Assembly (NCBI RefSeq): GCF_006345805.1 | Contig: NC_043011.1 | Span: 52,278,464-52,342,463, forward strand | DNA length: 64,000 nucleotides | Reading direction: 5' to 3' | Source of the DNA: Octopus sinensis | Taxonomy: Eukaryota | In this document: positions 50,101-62,500 of the stretch, piece by piece | How positions within the stretch are numbered: the stretch's first letter is position 1 | Layout: each line of letters opens with the position of its first letter | Translations under genes and position numbers: made by a program | Notes under the pieces: generated by a model | Databases searched by the model: none | The model's input: only the letters and a program-made list of their open reading frames with translations | Told to the model about the DNA's origin: nothing

Positions 50101-53100
50101 GGATAGTAGTTTAAACATTTATAAACACGAATCTGCATGATAAAGGCTGAACTGAGATTAAATAACAAATATAAATAAATATTAGGTACATCCAAGCATA
50201 GTTGTTTAGGTAAGAAGCTTGTTTTGCAATCCTGTGCTTCCAGATTCAATCCCAGGGTATGTCATCTTAAGCTTGCATCTTCTATTGTACTATGCACTGT
50301 TGGTGGAATTTGGTCAACAGAAATTCTACAGAAGCTTGTATGATGGTGGCATTTAGACCTAGCAGATGATGTTAAGATGAGGAGACACAAGCACACACAA
50401 TCTCATATGTATGTATCTTAGGCATATAGTTAGATGTATGACTATAACTGTATGAGTTAGATAATTATTGTACACACACAGTCATATATATATATATATA
50501 TATATATATGACTGTGTGTGTACAATAATTATCTACATGAAGCTCTTAACTCATACAGTTATAGTCATACATCTAACTATATGCCTAAGATACACACATA
50601 TGAGATTGTGTGTGCTTGTGTCTCCTCATCTTAAAATCATCTGCTAGGTCTAAATGCCACCATCATACAAGCTTCTGTAGAATTTCTGTTGACCAAATTC
50701 CACCAACAGTGCATAGTACAATAGAAGATGCAAGCTTAAGATGACACACCCTGGGATTGAATCTGGAAGCACAGGATTGCAAAACAAGCTTCTTACCTAA
50801 ACAACTATGCTTGGATGTACCTAATATTTATTTATATTTGTTATTTAATCTCAGTTCAGCCTTTATCATGCAGATTCGTGTTTATAAATGTTTAAACTAC
50901 TACCCTTCCATCTCTGGAAATCATGAACTACATTATTTTTTTCACTGTCTATGTGTTCAACACAGTACAGTGCTATTTGAGGGTATGTTTAAAACAGGCG
51001 GCGAGCTGGCAGAACCGTTAGCACGCCGGGCGAAATGCGTTGCCGTAATTCGTCTGTCATTACGTTGTGAGTTCAAATTCCGCCGAGGTCGACTTTGCCT
51101 TTCATCCTTTCGGGGTCGATAAATTAAGTACCAGTTACGCACTGGGGTCGATGTAATCGACTTAGTACCTATGTCTGTCCTTGTTTGTCCCCTCTGTGTT
51201 TAGCCCCTTGTAGGTAATAAAGAAATAGGTATGTTTAAAACAGGTGGTGAGCTGGCAGAAACGTTAGCACGCCGGGCGAAATGCGTAGCCATAATTCGTC
51301 TGTCGTTACGTTGAGAGTTCAAATTCCGCCGAGGTCGACTTTGCCTTTCATCCTTTCGGGGTCGATAAGTTAAGTACCAGTTACGCACTGGGGTCGATGT
51401 AATCGACTTAATCTGTTTGTCTGTCTTTGTCCCTTCTATATTTAGCCCCTTGTGGGTAATAAAGAAATAGATATGTTTAAAACAGTAGAGTGCTATTTGA
51501 CAGCCAAATTTCTTGCACATGATAGCTCTTTCATTGGCCTGTCTCTTTATTAGCAGTTGTAGTCTGGGGTAAATTAGTTTGGTTTATTAAACTGTATGTT
51601 ATTAACCTCACAACTTCTAGCATTCACTGATTGTATGTTTTACTTCTGTACTCTGTCTCCATTTTAGGGCCGTGATGGTGTCTCTTATCAGCTTGGTTTA
51701 ACACCAAGTGGAATTTTGGTATTTGAGAATGATGACAAAATAGGATTGTTCTTCTGGTAAGTTTACATTTATCCCTGACCTCAAAATAAAACAGTTCATG
51801 TCCTTGCAAATTATATCCTGTTAACTGAACACTAGAGGAAGAAGGAGTATTCGGGTACTTGATGGCTATTGTTTAATGTGAATACACGAATAAGTGCTCT
51901 ATGAAACCATTTTTGTTTTATTTAATATCTGTACCATCAAATGTGAACTTGAAGCTCCTTCTTCATGCTCCAGGTTTTGGCTCCATAGAGGAGAAAGCCA
52001 TCTATACATACTTTGAAGACAAAAATCAATAAGGCTGGCCTTCCTCATGGCATGTGTAGAAAACATTCTTCTCTGTAGAACTAAAACCTTGACCATGCCG
52101 AGTGGCTGTGTGGTAAGTAGCTTGCTTACCAACTACATGGTTCCAGGTTCAGTCCCACTGCGTGGCACATTGGGCAAGTGTCTTCTACTATAGCCTCGGG
52201 CCGACCAAAGCCTTGTGAGTGGATTTGGTAGACGGAAACTGAAAGAAGCCCATCGTATATATGTATATATACATATATATATGTGTGTGTGTGTTTGTGT
52301 GTCTGTGTTTGTCCCCCTAGCATTGCTTGACAACCGATGCTGGTGTATTTATGTCCCCGTTACTTAGCGGTTCGGCAAAAGAGACCGATAGAATAAGTAC
52401 TGGGCTTACAAAGAATAAGTCCCGGGGTCGATTTGTTCGACTAAATGTGGTGTTCCAGCATGGCCGCAGTCAAATGACTGAAGCAAGTAAAAGAGTAAAG
52501 AGTAAATTATCTTGTTGGTATATGTACCAAGCTTCTTATGAAGGATCAAAACATCTCATGGCATGAGTACAAAACCTAAACAGGCGATTTAACCCTTTAG
52601 CATTTAAACCAGCCATATCTGGCCAAAATTTTCTTCTTGTTTAATGTTGAGACTAGCCAGGTCTGACCTCTCACACCTATCCTGCAATGTCATTCTACAT
52701 ATAAACAATAACATCCTCAAAATCTCAAAGATGTGAGATAATCCAGATTAAATCAAAACAATGTGAATAAATAAGCTGAACACTAAAGGGTTAAGGACTC
52801 ATTCTACCCATCTTTACTATTGTAGCTTAATGCACTTTAGGCTTTGCTGGCCACTGCTATCTTATTGAACACTGCACCATATCAGATGTTATATTTTGGA
52901 AACTTCCACACCTTAATAGAGAACAAAGAACCACTCAACTACATTGATGTTATTGGGAGGAACACAAACAAGAAGCAGAAAACCTACCGAAGCTTAATAG
53001 GGGACGGTGATTTCTGGCACTATGGGGTGAAATGCACCTCAGTTGCAGCCTCTTGTTTTGTTTAATGCTATATTGTTTAATGTTGAGACTAGCCTGGTCT

Positions 53101-55470
53101 GACCTCTCACACCTATCCTGCAATGTAATTTCTACATATAAACAATAACATCCTCAAAATCTTGAGAAGGCGGCGAGCTGGCAGAAACGGTAGCACGCCG
53201 GGCGAAATGCGTAGCCGTATTTCGTCTGCCGTTACGTTCTGAGTTCAAATTCCGCCAAGGTTGACTTTGCCTTTCATCCTTTCGGGGTCGATAAATTAAG
53301 TACCAGTTACGCACTGGGGTCGATATAATCGACTGAATACCTTTGTCTGTCCTTGTTTGTCCCCTCTGTGTTTAGCCCCTTGTGGGTAGTAAAGAAATAT
53401 ATATTGAAATATTGAATGGTGGGTAACAAAGAGTTTGTCTGTAAAACATAGGGTTGGGCTGCATGATTTTTCGAAAACCATACAAGAGTTTCGCAATAAA
53501 ATAAGTCTGAGAGTCACTGGTATAGATGTATGCATTGAGCACTCTGTCATTTCCTCTGTTGTAAACACTATGTAGCCTGTGTTTAAGTATTTGTCATGTT
53601 TTTGTAGGCCAAAGATCACATCACTGAACTTTAAGAATAAGAAACTAATCCTTGTTGTTGTGGAAGATGATGACAAGGTAAGTTTCCTTTTGGTTTTTGT
53701 ATTTTTCTACAATCCCTTTAAGATGGTAGGGTGTAACTTGAGGGACACATAGCTGCTATTTCTAGCAAGTCAGGTGATCACATAGCTGCTCTCTCTCTCT
53801 CTCTCTCTCTCTCTGCCAGGCCATACAATACTACTGTGGAAGGTTTTGTTGATTAAATCATTCCTAGCATATGGCTGATACTTATGTTATAGCTGCATAG
53901 AAGGTAAAAGGCTAAGTGCTAAGTGAGCCCCAGCAAGATTTGAACTCAGAATGTTGAAGAACAAAGCTAAATAAAATTTAAGAAAAACAAACTCAAATCA
54001 CTGAGCAAAATTACTCACTGGCTCCATCTACATAGAAAAGTAGTAGTTAAGTGTCAACATATTCAAGCATTTTGGCATGGTTATTTCATCATCGCTTGGC
54101 AAAAATAGTAACGTCTAAGCTTTCCTGATGATATCTAATAAGACAGAAACATGATCAGTTTTTAAGGTGGCAAGCTGGCAGAAACATTAGCACGCCGGAC
54201 GAAATACTTAGCGGTATTTTGTCTGTCACTACATTCTGAGTTCAAATTCCGCCGAAGCCAACTTTGCCTTTCATCCTTTCGGGGTCAATGAAATAAGTAC
54301 CAGTTATGCACTGGGGTCGATATAATCGGCTTGTTTGTCCTCCCTGTGTTTAGCCCCTTGTGGGTAGTAAAGAAATAGGTATTTCATCTGCCACTATGTT
54401 CTGAGTTCAAATTCCGCCAAAGCCGACTTTGCCTTTCATCCTTTCGGGGTCAATGAAATAAGTACCAGTTATGCACTGGGGTCGATGTAATCGGCTTAAT
54501 CCGTTTGTCTGTCCTTGTTTGTCCTCTCTGTGTTTAGCCCCTTGTGAGTAGTAAAGAAATAAGTATTTCGTCTGCCACTACTTTCTGAGTTCAAATTCTC
54601 CTGAGGCCGACTTTGCCTTTCATCCTTTCGGGGTCGATAAAATAAGTACCAGTTATGCACTGGGGTCGATATAATCGACTTAATCCATTTGTCTGTTCTT
54701 GTTTGTCCCCTCTGTGTTTAGCCCCTTGTGGGTAGTAAAGAAATAGGTATTTCGTCTGCCACTACGTTCTGAGTTCAAATTCCGCCGAAGCCGACTTTGC
54801 CCTTCATCCTTTCGGGGTTGATAAATTAAGTACCAGTTATGCACTGGAGTCAATATAATCGACTTAATCTGTTTGTCTGTCCTTGTTTGTCCTCACTATG
54901 TGTAGCCCCTTGTGGGCAGTAAAGAAATAAGAAACATGATCAGTTATCTCTCATATGTATCAATATGATTGAAATAATTTCCATTTTGAACTATTGTCCT
55001 TTTTTCAAAGCATAATTAGTTTCACTTACCTTTCCATTGCTCCCTTTTGTTAAATATTTTAACATTAACTTAAATACCCTTCTGAACGACATTTTTGTCA
55101 TTTCCTGTCACTCCACTGTCCAAAATTTCAGTAATGGTGATAATAATAATAATGATGATGATGATGATGGTTCCTAATATTGGCAGAAAGCCAAAAATTT
55201 TGAAGGACAATACAGTCAATTAAGTTTGTATTCTCATTTGATTGCTTCTTATATTATCAATCTCAGGCCAGATTTGAAGTTTTAGCATAGTGAGTCACAA
55301 CTAAATCCTGTTAGGCATTTAGTCTGGCACTTGGCCATGTCAGCCAAATTAACACATACAGTTTAATGAGGATTATAATTAGTATTAATATTGTTATTAA
55401 TTATAAACTAGATATGAATCAATTAATTTGTAGCTAATCTATCTGATTATGAGTCATTATTATTGTTGCA

Positions 55471-55567
<97 letters not shown>

Positions 55568-58500
55568 CTAACAGAATTGTTAGAGCACCAGGTAAAATGC
55601 TGAGCTGCATTTCTTGCTGTTCTGTACATTTTGAGTTCAAATTCCACCGAGGTCAACTTTACCTTTTGTCTCTCAGGTCCAATGAAATAATTACCAGTTG
55701 AGCACTGGGGTTGATGTAATCAATTAGCCCCCTCTTCCAAAATTTCAGGCCTTGTACCTATAGTAGAAAAGATTATTGTTGTTTTTTGCAAACTGGCAGA
55801 ATCATAAGAGTGTCAAACAAAATACTTAGTGGTATTTCTTCTAATTCTTTATGTTCTGAGTTCAAATTCCAGCAAGGTTGGCTTTGCCTTTTATCATTCC
55901 AAGGTCAGTAAAATTAAGTACATGTTAAGCACTGAGATTAATGTAATTGACTTGCTTCCTCTCCTCAAAATTACTAGTGTTGTGCCAAAATTAGGAAAGA
56001 ATTTCATCATCATCATCATCATTTAACGTCCGCTTTCCATGTTAGCATGGGTTGGACGATTTGACTGAGGATTGGCGAACCAGATGGCTGCACCAGGCTC
56101 CAATCTGATCTGGCAGACTTTCTAAAGATGGATGCCCTTCCTAATGCCAACCACTCCGAGAGTGTAGTAGGTGCTTTTACGTGCCACCGGCACGAGGGCC
56201 AATCTGGCGGTACTGGCAACGGCCACACTCAAATAGTGTTTTTTACGTACCACCTGCACAGGAGTCAATCCAGCGGAACTGGCAATGACCTCACTCAAAT
56301 GTTTTTTCACGTGCCAGTAAGGCGACGCTGGTAATGATCATGCTCAAACAGTGCTTTTTACGTGCCACCAGCACAGAAGCCAGACAGCTGCTCTGGCAGT
56401 GATCCTGCTCAGATGGAGCTGTTAGTGCTCGACTGGCACAGGTGCCACTCATCGAATTTATTATTATTATTTGAATTAACCTTTTGAATCTTTCCAATGT
56501 TAACTTTACTTTTTATCCCTTCAAGATTGATAAGCTAAAGTATCGGTAAAATACTGGGATCAATGGTATTAACTAGTAAAGTACCAGGCTTTATTTGGTT
56601 CCAACTCCTTACGTTTTGAGTTCAAGTTCCATCCGGGTCAGCTTTACTTTTCATTTCTCTCTGAGTTGATGAAATAAAATACCAGTCAAGTACTGGGGTT
56701 GATGGCATTGACCAATCCACTCTCTTCAAAACTGCTGGCCTTGTTACTGGAAGGATGCTGGACTATCAGAATCACTAGAACCAGTACCAAGCTAATTCAC
56801 CACAACTATTTATATATATGTGTGTGTGTGTGTGTATATATATATAAAGGCGGCGAGCTGGCAGAAACGTTAGCACGCCGGGCGAAATGCGTAGCCGTAT
56901 TTCGTCTGTCGTTACATTCTGAGTTCAAATTCCGCCGAGGTCGACTTTGCCTTTCATCCTTTCGGGGTCGATAAATTAAGTACCAGTTTCGCACTGGGGT
57001 CGATGTAATCGACTTAATCCCTTTGTCTGTCTTTGTTTGTCCCCCTCTATGTTTAGCCCCTTGTGGGTAGTAAAGAAATATATATATATATGTATATATA
57101 TATGTGTGTATGTATGTATGTATGTATATATGTGTGTGTGTATGTATGTATGTATATATATGTGTGTATGTATGTATATATATGTGTGTATATATGTGTG
57201 TATGTGTATATATATGTATGTGTATATATATGTATGTATATATATATGTATGTATATATATATGTATGTATATGATTATATATATATGTATATATGTATA
57301 TAATATATATATATATAGAGAGAGAGAGAGATACATGCATGCATACATACATAATCACCTTCTCTTTTTGTCTCTTCCACTTGTGACCACAACAGGGCAA
57401 TGAACAGGAACACACCTTCTTGTTTCGCCTGCAAGACCGCAAAGCATGTAAGCATCTATGGAAGTGTGCGGTGGAACATCATGCCTTCTTCCGACTGAAG
57501 AAACCCCTAAAAGGAGCCAATGCAAGGCAGAACTTCTTTAGAATGGGATCACGTTTTCGATACAGGTCAGTATCTGTTTTTCTTTTATTCCTTTATGTGA
57601 TCCAGCCCAAATGCTGTGGCTATGCTGGAATTTAAATCTTCATTCAGAATTAAAGAAAAAAAAATCTTTTCAAACTGAAATTCACAAGTGTCATGTAGAG
57701 CAAGTTAACCCTTTGCTGTTATTTGAGTCCAAGTATGAACTATCAACAAATGTATGCTACTGTTCGTTCATTGAAATTATGTCTGGGTTTTTTGGGGGGG
57801 TTTTTTCCATGATAGTATGAGTTAGACAAATACATATTATTGAGTCACTGTTTTATAGTCAGATGCCCTTCCAGAGCTACTGGAAGATTTCTTGACTGGG
57901 AAATGTCAGAAATATCACTGTCCATAGCTCAAGACATGGGGAATGTAAGTATTCACACAGATCCACTTGCATGCCCCCCCCCCACACACACACACAAACA
58001 CATACAGGGTTTTGTACAAATTGTCTCCAAATTCACTAACAAGGCATAGTTGGCTCTGGGAGTATAACAAAATACCCTTCTCCAAGGTGCTGCACTGTGG
58101 GACTGGACCCCAAACTACATGGTTACAAAGTTAACTTCCTAACTACACAACTATGCCTTTGATGTATCTCAGGAAATATCAAATCATATTCATCTTATCT
58201 ATGTTGCCTTTAGGAAACTATTTAAAAGACTTTTCCATTATGATGGAATTAAGGCATGTACTACAGTGATGATTTACAAAGTAATGGTTTTCAAAACCAA
58301 GTTTCATCTCTTTTGCAGATGTGAAGCATCCTATCTTTTAATTAGCGACACACTGAGCAGCAGTGATTAAAATAAACTCGTGTATACTTATATTTAACAC
58401 ATGTGTGTACATTCAAATGTAAAACCATTTTGCTGTGGAGATTGTTTCTGCTGATGTCATCCATAGCCCAGTTTGGTGTTTTCACACATACTGTCTTCTT

Positions 58501-59380
58501 AGGAAAATTTCTCTCTCAAAATAGTTTCCACTTCTCTCAAAATAGTCTTTCCACATTTGAGTGTACACATGTGTGTTAAACATAAATATACACAGGTGGT
58601 GTTTGATTTGAAGGAGGTTTCATTGTTATTTCTTGCAAAACAAGTAACTGCTTAGTAATTCTTATTAGCATAGAATTGATGTTATTAATAATAATAACAT
58701 TGAAATTGTGCATACAAGTAATAATAATGATGGTTTCATGGCCGTTTGCCAGCTCTATCTGGCCCCCATGTTGGTGGCATGTAAAAGCACCATCCGTTCG
58801 TGTCCATTGCCAGCCTCGCCTGGCCCCCGTGCCAGTGACACGTAAAAGCACCATCCGTTCGTGGCCGTTTGCCAGCTTTGTCTGGCACCTGTGCGGGTGG
58901 CACGTAAAAAGCACCCACTACACTCACGGAGTGGTTGGCTTTCGGAAGGGCATCCAGCTGTAGAAACACTGCCAGATCTGACTAGGCCTGATGAAGCCTT
59001 CCAGCTTCACAGACCCCAGTTGAACCGTCCAACTCATGCTAGCATGGAAAACGGATGCTAAATGGTGATGATGATGATAATGGTTACTCCCATGGATTTC
59101 AAAATGAGTGTTTGAAGGAGAGGATTTAAAAACAAAAAAAAAAAGACAAAGAAAAATCAACCTTAAGAATAAAAGAAACTGTATATTGTGATAGATGTGT
59201 TAATGTAATTTGAGTCCAGGTATGGACTTTGCTATGAAATCACGCTGGGGACTCTGATGATTTTGATTTTGCCTGGGATTGGTCAAAAGTGTCGATTGCA
59301 GGATATAATTCTCTTATTGTTGTTTCTTCAACTCAAACTGTTTTGATGCATCATAACACATTTTACATATATACACATAC

Positions 59381-59412
<32 letters not shown>

Positions 59413-59413
59413 G

Positions 59414-59455
<42 letters not shown>

Positions 59456-59553
59456 GGAGTAAACACATAAATGTGAAACAAAACTGTCCAACGAACGGGA
59501 ACATGAAACTCCGAGTAACAGGTTTTGTTGAATTTCTGCTGCTTTTAAATAAA

Positions 59554-59596
<43 letters not shown>

Positions 59597-62500
59597 CACA
59601 CACACACACACACATATATACAAATATATAAAAAGACAACACTCATCATTATATTAGATTATACATACATTTTAACACTTTACAGTATACCTACATATAT
59701 ACATAATTCTATGCATCAATCTAAAACAACAGGATTACTAAAGGAAGACTGGAATTTAAGAGATGAGAAAACCTAAAGGTCTCATGATATTCATTGAAGG
59801 ATTTTATTTCAGATATTCTCATTTTAAAAATCATCTCCGGATAATTGTTGAGAGGGTGTTGGTGTTGCATTGGCAGAGGTTTGTGTTCTCTGAGTAACTC
59901 TTGTTATTATTATTATCATTATTATTATTATTTCTTTCCTCTGATTACTCATTGTTTACTTCTTGTCCTATTAACAGTGGCTACACAGAATACCAGACGG
60001 CTGCCATCAATCGAGCTCGACGTGGTGTCAAGTTCGAGAGGAGAGCAAGTCAAAGGTACTCAAGACGGCCAACATTTGAGAGACAGGAGAAGGAAGAGGA
60101 GATGCTACGACGTAATGCCGAGTCTAGAAAGTACGTAATATTGAAACTACAGCAGTTGTTTATTTGTATTTTGATTTTTACCACTTAATCAAGGACAGGA
60201 TGAGAGTTTATTTTTTTCTGTGGAGCTTCCAAGGTCAATGAGAAGAAGGGAGCAAATTATCCTTAAACAGTGACCTGCCTGCAAATGCTTGCTACAAATT
60301 GGACTTCTCTAAAATACCTGAGGACCAGGGTGTAGTGTTAAACCAGGCAGCAGATAAATCCACCATGTTATGGATTCAGACTGTAATACCACAAAATACC
60401 TTGTCTGATGTTCTAACAGTTCCACCAATCTACTGCCATGGACTGATACTATATTTTTAGACCCCTAAATGATGAAAGACAAAGTTGACCTCTGGGATTT
60501 GAACTCAGAACACAGAATACTAGAACCAAAACTGCAAAGCATTTTACCTTATGCTCTAACGACTCTGCTAGTTCTCCACCTGCTACTGCTGTTGGTGTTG
60601 TTTAACCCTTGGTCAGCCTTTGTCAAGTGGACATAAGAGCTAGTCTTTTTTTATTTTCTTCAAGCGTCTTGGCACATGCATGGCTGTGTGGTAAGAAATG
60701 TGCTTCCTAACCACATGGTTCTGGATTCAATTCTCCTGGGTGACACCTTGGGCAAGTGTCTTCTACTCTAGACCTGGGCAACAGGAAGGACATCCATATG
60801 TAGAAAATCTGCCTCAAAAAAATTTCATCCGACCCATTGCAAGCATGGAAAAGTGGACATTCAATCAATGATTCTTCTGATGATATTGTACCTAGAACGA
60901 CATTATCCATTATGGCCTTCCTTTCTTTTTTAGTTTTAAGATGATAGAGTGCGTGGTGTAGGTGATTTGGTCACTATTTTTAGCGAATTGAGCAGCCATG
61001 TAAAACAGGCTAGAGTAACTTTTTTCAAGAAGTATGACTCATCATCAGGCAGGCTTTATCACTAAAAAAATTCAAGGTAATTTTTCACACAGGAGTGGCT
61101 GTGTTGTAAGTAGCTTGTTTACTAACCACATGGTTCCGGGTTCAGTCCCACTGCGTGGCACCTTGGGCAAGTGTCTTCTACTATAGCCTCGGGCTGACCA
61201 AAGCCTTGTGAGTGGATTTGGTAGACGGAAACTGAAAGAAGCCTGTCATATATATATATATGCGTGTTTGTGTGTCTGTGTTTGTCCCCCTAGCATTGCT
61301 TGACAACCAATGCTGGTGTGTTTATGTCCCCGTTACTTAGCGGTTCAGCAAAAGAGACCGATAGAATAAGTACTGGGCTTACAAAAGAATAAGTCCCAGG
61401 GTCGAGTTTGCTCGATTAAAGGCGTTGCTCCAGCATGGCCGCAGTCAAATGGCTGAAACAAGTAAAAGAGTAAAAGAGAGAGACAGAGTATTAGGTGTAT
61501 TAATTACTTGTTAATTAATTATGTAGGGTTTCTGCTAATTTGAGTCGTTAGATTTTGGCAAGTATTTATTGCAGTTTGCAGTTATTTACAAAATAGTAGG
61601 CCTCACAGAGGAGATAACAAGGGACCAAGACTACTGGCAGTTTGCTGTGCTTGAGAAGACAAGCCAAGCTGAGTAAAATCATAGCTTTCCATACATACAG
61701 GTATGGCTTCAACATCCCTCACTAAGTTAAGAGATCCTAGTGTTTTTATTTTTTTGGAAATTGTAGTTAAGATACCCGTGCCGGTGACACGTAAAAAGCA
61801 TCGTCCGAATGTGGCTGATGCCAGCGCTGCCTGACTGGCATCCGTGTTGGTGACACATAAAAAGCACCAACCGATCATGGCCGTTTGCCAGCCTTCTTTG
61901 GCCCCTATGCCGGTGGCACGTAAAAAGCATCCACTACACTCACGGAGTGCTTGGCGTTAGGAAGGGCATCCAGCTGTAGAAACACTGCCAGATCAGACTG
62001 GAGCCTGGTGCAGCCTCCTGGTTTCCCAGACCCCGGTCGAACCATCCAACCCATGCTAGCATGGAAAACGGATGTTAAATGATGATGATGATATTTGTCA
62101 AATTTGGGTCAGTTTGTCTTCATGACCTGTTCTGTCAATCCCACTCGATGAACCCACCTTTGGTCTCAATAACAATCTCCAGGAGACCTTAGAATCAACA
62201 ACAGGCCTTCATCACTATCACCTGTTTTAGGCTCTTGAAGGCCATGGTAATCCTGGTGCATTCCTCACTCAGCTGAGAGAGCTTAGTCTTGTGGGCTCAT
62301 GGGTGCTGGTGCCACATAAAAGCATTCAGTACACCCTGTTAAGTGGTTGGTGTTAGGAAGGGCATCCAGCCATAGAAACCACACCAAAATAGATTACTAG
62401 AGCCCAGGCAGCTCTCCAGCTGGCCAATTCCTGTCAAACCAGCATGGAGATCAGGCGTTAAATGACGATGTTGACTTGTCCATTGAGATGTTGTGTGTCT

